A stretch of DNA of 64,000 bases from IMG/VR virus record IMGVR_UViG_3300031998_000016; one strand, written 5' to 3'. The stretch's first letter is position 1; each line of letters starts with the position of its first letter. Position numbers and translations under genes: made by a program. Shown one piece after another: positions 58,332 through 64,000 of the stretch. The notes beneath the pieces were generated by a model. That model was not told where the DNA came from and did not search any database. It saw only the letters and a program-made list of their open reading frames with translations. The DNA comes from an uncultured virus (IMG/VR IMGVR_UViG_3300031998_000016). Lineage: Duplodnaviria > Heunggongvirae > Uroviricota > Caudoviricetes.

Positions 58332-58622
58332 TTATCTTGCGGATATTGTCTTAAATTTCTTAGCCGCACGTTCTTGTCTTATTTTCTTAGCTTCTGCTTT
58401 ATTTGGAATATGTGGTCTTGTTTTGAGAATTGTATAAATCCTCATTACCATTTCGCGGCGAAGTGCCGCACAAGCCTTTTGGCATTTGCAATTGCCCCAA
58501 TAGCAATCATGTGTATAGTCGGGACAATTATAATCATAAAATCTCATAAGGTCTATCAGTTTTTTAGTAGCCATGAGATTAAGTTTGTCTTCTGAAATTA
58601 TTTCAAAACAAGGTGTCGTCAT
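58332..58622 (-). CDS. Hypothetical Cys-containing basic protein
   Basis: GAGGT RBS; immediately upstream of the TROVE gene. Confidence 0.6.
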   Translation of the reverse strand: MTTPCFEIISEDKLNLMATKKLIDLMRFYDYNCPDYTHDCYWGNCKCQKACAALRREMVMRIYTILKTRPHIPNKAEAKKIRQERAAKKFKTISAR

Positions 58623-58837
58623 AGTCTTACCTCTTTTTAAAATCTTCTACTGTATTTATAATTTCTTTAATTAGATAAAGCGCAAGCCAAATAGTGAGTA
58701 AAAGTAACACCAATGCTCCGCCAGCTACTATTACTATGCCAATTATATTTCCTAATGCTTCAAAAAAATCTGTCATAATTTACTTTCCTTTCTTAACTTT
58801 CTGTAATAATTATAACATAAATTCTTTAAAAAGTAAA

Positions 58838-58872
58838 GAATAAAAAAGACCGGATAGATGTACTATCCGGTC
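58838..58872 (-). terminator. Intrinsic terminator ending the RNA operon
   Basis: GACCGGATAG/CTATCCGGTC hairpin followed by a T-run on the minus strand. Confidence 0.75.
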
Positions 58873-58877
58873 ATTAA

Positions 58878-58950
58878 AGCTCCCACTCGGACTCGAACCG
58901 AGAACCTCGAAATTACAAGTTTCGCGCACTACCAATTGTGCTATGAGAGC
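58878..58950 (-). tRNA. tRNA-Thr(UGU)
   Basis: Full cloverleaf; anticodon arm CGAAA-CTTGTAA-TTTCG. Confidence 0.92.
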
Positions 58951-58954
58951 ATAT

Positions 58955-59032
58955 AGTCGAGAAGGTCATATACGGAGAGTATCCAAAACAGATTAACAGG
59001 CTGTCGAAGTAACCGTATATACTGCATCGACT
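58955..59032 (-). ncRNA. Y-RNA-like RNA 1
   Basis: AGTC-GATGCAG-TATATACGG-TTACTTC...CCGTATATG-ACC-TTCTC-GACT. Confidence 0.7.
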
Positions 59033-59046
59033 TAATGAAAAATAAT

Positions 59047-59149
59047 GACCGAGAAAGGTGAAAACGGGTTAAACGGACTCGAACCGCACTATTTCTGAAC
59101 AAAGAAATTTTCAAACCAATTGAAGTAACCGTCTTCTAATGCATCGGTT
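59047..59149 (-). ncRNA. Y-RNA-like RNA 2 with tRNA-like T arm
   Basis: Same motif; insert contains GCGG-TTCGAGT-CCGT. Confidence 0.75.
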
Positions 59150-59151
59150 AA

Positions 59152-59222
59152 AGCGAATAGTGGTAGTTGAAACCACATTTACTGGGTGGAAACCAGTCGT
59201 TCTTCCGTTGAACTACATCCGC
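59152..59222 (-). tRNA. tRNA-Gly(UCC)
   Basis: ACTGG-TTTCCAC-CCAGT anticodon arm. Confidence 0.85.
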
Positions 59223-59226
59223 ATGG

Positions 59227-59308
59227 GACAGAGAACTCTATAAACGCCGTATATGTGATAGGAAAAATCAAAATGGCTCCTGAAGTAAGCGTTCATTCTG
59301 CATCTGTC
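59227..59308 (-). ncRNA. Y-RNA-like RNA 3
   Basis: GACA-GATGCAG-AATGAACGC-TTACTTC...GCGTTTAT-AGAG-TTCTC-TGTC. Confidence 0.7.
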
Positions 59309-59324
59309 AATTTTAAAACAATAA

Positions 59325-59461
59325 TTACTGAGAATGTCTTAATGAGAGTGGAAACCCCAGTTTTCTGCCATGGGACAAGGCCGCGATTCCTTGACGAGAA
59401 ATCAAAATAGAATGGTGTCAAAAATTCTGTTATGAAGTATCTCATTAAACTGCTTCAGTAA
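59325..59461 (-). ncRNA. Y-RNA-like RNA 4
   Basis: TTACT-GAAGCAG-TTTAATGAGA-TACTTC...TCTCATTAAG-ACA-TTCTC-AGTAA. Confidence 0.7.
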
Positions 59462-59463
59462 AG

Positions 59464-59545
59464 TGGGAGAGAGTGGACTCGAACCACTGGTGTTTCTACG
59501 TCACGATTTTACAGACCGCTACCCTCGCCGCTAGGTTACTCTCCC
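59464..59545 (-). tRNA. tRNA-Tyr(GUA)
   Basis: GCGGT-CTGTAAA-ATCGT arm, long variable arm. Confidence 0.9.
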
Positions 59546-59854
59546 ATATAATGGATGGAATTCTTGTTCTCGATGACTCCATCCCGCCAACGACCACACA
59601 CTAAGCAGTGCTCTCAGCTCCCTCCTAAGCGTCACGGGGCTAGGGGGAAACCCGGAATGTCCTTCTCCTCATTCAGCAGTAGACTCTCTTTGGTCTACCT
59701 GTCAACCATGTATTTTTGGTAAGAAACATGATAAACAACTTCCAATCCACTCTTCTACTGTGTTTGGTAGGATATAATGGACTATGTAGAAGACCATTCA
59801 CCATTCATATCCTAATTGGTTAATAGCAACCAATACTTGGTCAGCGACGACCAA

Positions 59855-59926
59855 TTGCGGCAATGGGAGTCGAACCCATTATCTCTTGGTTATGAGCCAA
59901 GCAACTTACCGTTTGTCCTTGCCGCG
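59855..59926 (-). tRNA. tRNA-Met(CAU), initiator-like
   Basis: CTTGG-CTCATAA-CCAAG; C1:A72 mismatch. Confidence 0.85.
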
Positions 59927-59928
59927 AA

Positions 59929-60000
59929 TCGGGATGGCGAGATTCGAACTCACGTCTACAAAGTCCCAAACTTTGCCGTCTACCACTGGCTTACATCCCG
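59929..60000 (-). tRNA. tRNA-Pro(UGG)
   Basis: CAAAG-TTTGGGA-CTTTG. Confidence 0.9.
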
Positions 60001-60105
60001 TTATTCGGGGTTAACGTTTCAACCATAAGGTACGTTAACCCATATTGGTTATTTTCTGTTAGCCAACCTAACAATGGAGCTTATAGGGTTCCATGCACCT
60101 CGAAG

Positions 60106-60179
60106 CGGGCGATAAGGGAGTCGAACCCTTGGCCTTTTGATTAACAGTCAAACGCTCTAACCAGCTGAGCTAATCACCC
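60106..60179 (-). tRNA. tRNA-Asn(GUU)
   Basis: TTTGA-CTGTTAA-TCAAA. Confidence 0.92.
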
Positions 60180-60336
60180 GATATAGCGAGCAATCTGAGA
60201 ATATTTATCGCGAAATCATACCTCTTTGCTCTGTCTTGTCTTCTTCCAAGATGCCAAGTCGCTGTCCTTTTTACGAGTGATACGCTGCAGTCACTTCAAC
60301 TCTTTGTTGCTTAAAGTAGAAAGAGAACCTACTGAG

Positions 60337-60408
60337 CGGTCCATAGGGGAATCGAACCCCTATCTGCCGATAGACAGTCGGCCGTCCTAACCGTTGAACG
60401 AATAGACC
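60337..60408 (-). tRNA. tRNA-Asp(GUC)
   Basis: GCCGA-CTGTCTA-TCGGC. Confidence 0.92.
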
Positions 60409-60413
60409 ATAGA

Positions 60414-60495
60414 AGATTGAGAATATGAATGACGCTGATTTTTCTGAAATAAGTACCCAAAACTTACGAAGTAAGCGTCAAGTCTGCTTCAATCT
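60414..60495 (-). ncRNA. Y-RNA-like RNA 5
   Basis: AGATT-GAAGCAG-ACTTGACGC-TTACTTC...AGCGTCA-TTCATA-TTCTC-AATCT. Confidence 0.7.
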
Positions 60496-60497
60496 AA

Positions 60498-60569
60498 TGA
60501 CCCTACCCGGAATCGAACCGGGGTTTTCAGCGTGAAAAGCTGACGTCCTAACCGCTAGACGATAGGGCC
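60498..60569 (-). tRNA. tRNA-Glu(UUC)
   Basis: TCAGC-TTTTCAC-GCTGA. Confidence 0.92.
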
Positions 60570-60615
60570 AGAAAGGACGGTGATTTTCAAAGACCTCACC
60601 AAGTCTGATGATAAG

Positions 60616-60691
60616 TGGAGCACCTGGAAATCGAATCCAGCTGATTTTCTGTTTGCAAAACAGATGACCACTCCTTGCAGTCCCGTGCCCC
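60616..60691 (-). tRNA. tRNA-Ala(UGC)
   Basis: TCTGT-TTTGCAA-ACAGA; G3:U70 pair; atypical D arm. Confidence 0.8.
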
Positions 60692-60714
60692 ATATGTTTT
60701 TTATTGGGAATAAT

Positions 60715-61344
60715 TTATCCCCAACTCCATTTGTATCCATAAGCACTTTTCCTTTTACCTCTACAAACTGAAGAGATTTGAGAAGAAGCACCTTTAGATG
60801 TTGGAGTTATTTTTCCTAATGCTCTCGCAGCCGCTAAAGCCGACGGAAAAGATTGTATATATTCACCATCAAGAGAATATTGATTTACAACTTTACCACA
60901 AACTCTTTGACTAACTTGGGCAGAAGAAATTATATCTACATCTCTTTCTTTAAGAATTAAATGAACACTATCGGCAGAAATATTCATAATTCTCGCGACC
61001 TCATTACAATTTAATACTTCATTATAAGTAGCAACTACCAAATCCCTATCTATATAAGGTTTTCCGTCGCCGCCTATTGTAGCGTTGTAACCATTTTTGA
61101 AAGAACCATAATATTCAATCCAATATTTTTCTCTTTCCTCTGGAACAGAAGTTTCCTCAATTAATTCTATTGCGAAATTTTCAATTCCATATTTTCTCAT
61201 GGCGTCATATAAAGGTCTTTTTTCACACCGTTCTTTTTGACTATCTCTACAATGTTCTTCAAACCTTTTCTAAATAGAATTATAAGTTTTACCTATATAA
61301 AGTTTGCCATTGATAAGATTTGTGATTTTATAAATGTATGCCAA
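60715..61344 (-). CDS. Free-standing GIY-YIG homing endonuclease with NUMOD-type C-terminus (209 aa, one TAG)
   Basis: AAGGAG RBS + TTG: MAYIYKITNLINGKLYIGKTYNSI(Q)KRFEEH...AMRKYG..NF...GYN.T.GG...VCRGKRKSAYGYKW. Confidence 0.85.
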
Positions 61345-61392
61345 AACTAATCAGCTCCTTTTTATTTATTGTTTTGTATTTGTTATGTATCT

Positions 61393-61595
61393 ATTATAAC
61401 ATAACTTTCAAGAAAAGTCAATCTTTAAACTTTTTAAGTTTTTGGTTTGAACTTTCTTCGTATTTATTATGTATTTATTATAACATAACTTTCAAAGAAA
61501 GTCAAGCCTTTCACTTTTTAAGATTTTGAAAAGAATTTTTAATTTCTTTTCTCATTTTCTATATTTATTATAACATAGATTTTAGAATTTGTAAA
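61393..61595 (-). promoter_or_regulatory. Three tandem sigma70-type promoters facing the tRNA operon
   Basis: TTGACT/TTTACA-17-TATAAT at 61393-61421, 61477-61505, 61567-61595. Confidence 0.75.
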
Positions 61596-61608
61596 GAATT
61601 TTACTTCT

Positions 61609-61968
61609 TTAATCTTCAAAATTAACTTCCTTAATAACTATAGAAATGTAATTTGAAACATAAAACTCAGCATAACCAAAATCTTCCGGAAGTTCTCTTG
61701 GAAGTTCCTTTAGTCTTTCGCCATCTTTGCCGAGAAGATAATATATATCACCTTCAAGATTTTCCTTTAGCTTAACGCCGCCGCAATCATTAGTAGTATC
61801 TCCATAGAGAATTTCTTCCACAAGCACATCAAGTACACTATCCTTAAAAAATCTCCATGCATTGCCGCGATTCCTAAAGAGATAAGTTTCTAATGGAGCG
61901 CCAATAGAGTCAATAAATTCAAGAGTTACTAAATACATATTATTTCTCCTTACTAATTGATGGTTCAT
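61609..61968 (-). CDS. Hypothetical protein
   Basis: Acidic ORF; true start probably the internal MYLVTL. Confidence 0.6.
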   Translation of the reverse strand: MNHQLVRRNNMYLVTLEFIDSIGAPLETYLFRNRGNAWRFFKDSVLDVLVEEILYGDTTNDCGGVKLKENLEGDIYYLLGKDGERLKELPRELPEDFGYAEFYVSNYISIVIKEVNFED

Positions 61969-62191
61969 CCATTGATGCTAAAATACATCTTACTTTGTCC
62001 TGAGAAGTTGAGGAAATTGCCTTAACACCAACTACCTTAACTCTTGTACCATTACATACCTTTTTAGTCATATCTTCTGAAACCATTCGGATAATTGCAC
62101 CAGCTTTTGGAACACCACCGACAACTTCAAAATCATATGTCTTGCCGGAAAAATCATTAAACTTGTTTCTAAACTGTACTGAAATATACAT
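61940..62191 (-). CDS. Hypothetical protein
   Basis: GAAAGGA RBS; promoter at ~62223-62251. Confidence 0.65.
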   Translation of the reverse strand: MYISVQFRNKFNDFSGKTYDFEVVGGVPKAGAIIRMVSEDMTKKVCNGTRVKVVGVKAISSTSQDKVRCILASMDEPSISKEK

Positions 62192-62272
62192 TTAAATCTT
62201 CCTTTCTTGATTTTCTATATATATTATAACATAAGTTTATAGAAAAGTCAATATTTTATAAATTTTTCCAAA

Positions 62273-62414
62273 TGCCCCCACCCAGAGTTGAACTGGGATA
62301 GACAGATTAGAGCAAAAAATGAGAATCGAACTCATATTTCAAACCATTCGGCTCAAAGTTTTACATTAAACTATTTTCACAAAGTCTGCTATTCTACCAT
62401 TGAATTATGGGAGC
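62273..62414 (-). tRNA. Interrupted tRNA (likely Arg-UCU) with a ~70-nt tRNA-like insert in the anticodon loop
   Basis: Outer acceptor GCTCCCA/TGGGGGC, D arm, GCAGA/TCTGT stem and T arm intact; insert has its own acceptor, D and T arms. Confidence 0.75.
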
Positions 62415-62700
62415 GTCATCCGTGTGTGAGCCTGATGTTCCTCTAACGACAACACGGTGCCGGGGCTATCCCGCTATCATCAGCTATTGCATATCCTCGG
62501 TACTTATAGGCCGCGACCTATAAGACTTAATTGCTCTCCGCCATTCTCGGCTGTACTACTGGTATTGCTACTCAAAGGGATTTTCATCATATTTCTACGA
62601 TTCAAACCATAATAACCTGAAGCATCATTATGGCGGCAATGCACTTGCCGGGCAATAATTTCATACATTGTACTTCTGTACTCCATTATTGCACTTATGT

Positions 62701-62784
62701 CCGGTCCACCCAAAGCGGATTTGAACCACTGTTTCCAAGTCTGTATCTCTTGGCGTGCTAACCACTACACTATTCGGCACCCGG
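62701..62784 (-). ncRNA. tRNA-like RNA / pseudo-tRNA
   Basis: Good D arm and T arm, 9-nt anticodon loop AGATACAGA, mismatched acceptor stem. Confidence 0.55.
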
Positions 62785-62790
62785 CCCTAG

Positions 62791-62863
62791 TGCCCTCAGA
62801 AGGGATTGAACCTTCGACACCCGCCTTATCATGACGGTGCTCTGCCAACTGAGCTATGAGGGC
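62791..62863 (-). tRNA. tRNA-Ile(GAU)
   Basis: CCGTC-ATGATAA-GGCGG. Confidence 0.9.
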
Positions 62864-62866
62864 ATA

Positions 62867-62938
62867 TGTGAGATAGGAGAGTTGAACTCCCGTTTTTGCA
62901 TTGGCAATGCAATGTACTAACCACTATACGAATCCCAC
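62867..62938 (-). tRNA. tRNA-Gly(GCC)
   Basis: TTGCA-TTGCCAA-TGCAA. Confidence 0.9.
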
Positions 62939-63078
62939 ATTAATGTCAGTTTTACTTCGCTTCTTTTTGTTTAACGAGGTGTTTTCCGCAAGCCACATAT
63001 CTTTCGCAAACTTTCGTTTCCTATTCGCCGGTGGTAGTTGAAACTGACAAAATCCGTGTTAACCCCTCGATTGGTTCT

Positions 63079-63681
63079 ATCTTGAAAACCTAATAAAAAA
63101 TACATTGTTGGTTTTTGTTCGCCATACTCCTACAACGCTACGCATTATTCAGCCACAGTGACAATAAGTCTGAGCCTTAAAGCCGTCGCTCTAAAGCTTC
63201 TTACCGCAGTTCCGAAGAACCCAAGCACTGAGAGGATTTGTTTACCTCCAACTTTCACCCATCATTCAGATTAATTTCCTTAAATTATTCTAGAATTAAT
63301 CGAGCCTTGGGCTACTCGCACCACCATCGGGTTTATTCCAGCTTTTTCAAGCTGTTCTCGGCTCAACTCCATTATTTTGCGTTCCCAGCATTTACTCACA
63401 TCTTGCGGATGTGGTCTACGGGGTTATTCTCTCACAGAGAGCGTCTATTGTTGGAGCAACCAGTTTAGGTGTGCCATTGCTCACGTTGTCCTTGTGCCGC
63501 GACTTCTCTCTTGATGGCTGGTATACCATCTTGTTCCTCAGCCTTCCGACATCAGAAAAGAAACCCTGTCAAGGTATCCCTTGACCCGACCTCTCAGCAG
63601 TTCCATCGCGCCCATGCAGAGATGATTAATCCCTCATTTTAACACATGGTTACAACATACTTTTTATTAAGTTTTCAAGAT
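63079..63681 (-). ncRNA. ROOL-like large structured ncRNA (~600 nt)
   Basis: Long terminal helix ATCTTGAAAACTTAATAAAAA / TTTTTATTAGGTTTTCAAGAT; internal ACAATAGACGCTC..GAGAATAA, CGAGTAGC, CTGAATG..GTGAAAGTT, GCTGAATAA segments as I recall from ROOL RNAs; embedded in tRNA array. Confidence 0.8.
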
Positions 63682-63685
63682 AAAG

Positions 63686-63759
63686 TCGGCAAGGTGGGAT
63701 TCGAACCCACAAAATCTCGGTTCTTAGCCGAGCACGTATGCCAGTTCCATCACATGCCG
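63686..63759 (-). tRNA. tRNA-Leu(AAG), short variable region
   Basis: CTCGG-CTAAGAA-CCGAG; Leu-type D arm; A discriminator. Confidence 0.8.
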
Positions 63760-63937
63760 ATTTATAGGCAATGTAGCGCGCGCTACTACTATCTCGGTTG
63801 CCGCCAAGTCTTAACCTTTCACCTTAACACATAGGTTTGAATATGTTCGCGCCTGTTCTCGTTTACAGGGACGTTAATGCACTATGCCAAAAATCAACGA
63901 ACCTCATGTCGCAGCTTTGAAACATAAATACATTAAG

Positions 63938-64000
63938 TGCGCCATCTGGGACTTGAACCCAGAGTCTTCTGATTAAGAGTCAGTTGCTTTAGCCAATTAA
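63938..64000 (-). tRNA. tRNA-Lys(CUU), 5' end beyond window
   Basis: CTGA-CTCTTAA-TCAG and T arm CTGGG-TTCAAGT-CCCAG. Confidence 0.85.

Noticed and set aside
4925..58595. Numerous antisense or alternate-frame ORFs (e.g. 13359..13790 +, 39590..40186 -, 57167..57394 +)
   Set aside because: Shadows of well-supported genes on the opposite strand or in another frame
62273..62414. Interrupted tRNA as the amber suppressor (CUA)
   Set aside because: A CUA reading gives a 6-nt loop or a broken stem; UCU gives a standard 7-nt loop. Not fully excluded without spliced reads
62457..62503. Hammerhead ribozyme at CTGATGA on the minus strand
   Set aside because: No GAAA core or three-stem arrangement
59186..63834. 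Short ORFs overlapping tRNAs and the ROOL-like RNA (59186, 59816, 60478, 60555, 60580, 62504, 63238, 63646)
   Set aside because: They overlap or are antisense to RNA genes or structured spacers and lack translation signals

Overview
A 64-kb segment of a large, AT-rich tailed phage, probably infecting a gut or rumen Firmicute (host is inference). It has four blocks. (1) 1-20.1 kb, minus strand: virion morphogenesis operon (terminase, portal, protease-scaffold, major capsid, neck, four tail-tube-like paralogs). Its ORFs become intact only if TAG is read as a sense codon, most likely Gln. (2) 20.3-45.7 kb, mostly plus strand: about 25 self-contained early-gene cassettes built as terminator + GCCCGGGC-centred palindrome + consensus sigma70/sigmaA promoter + conserved leader + small ORF(s). 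Fourteen leaders carry a covarying H-type pseudoknot abutting the Shine-Dalgarno. (3) 45.7-58.8 kb: a repeat-rich non-coding junction, then minus-strand PIF1-like helicase, wHTH protein, many small acidic genes and a TROVE (Ro60-like) gene. (4) 58.8-64 kb, minus strand: an RNA-gene island with 12 conventional tRNAs (one cut by the window end), a tRNA with a second tRNA-like fold inside its anticodon loop, five Y-RNA-like RNAs, a ROOL-like ~600-nt RNA and a GIY-YIG endonuclease. The heptamer GCCGCGA is strongly over-represented throughout. All calls were made by eye; no database searches were run.
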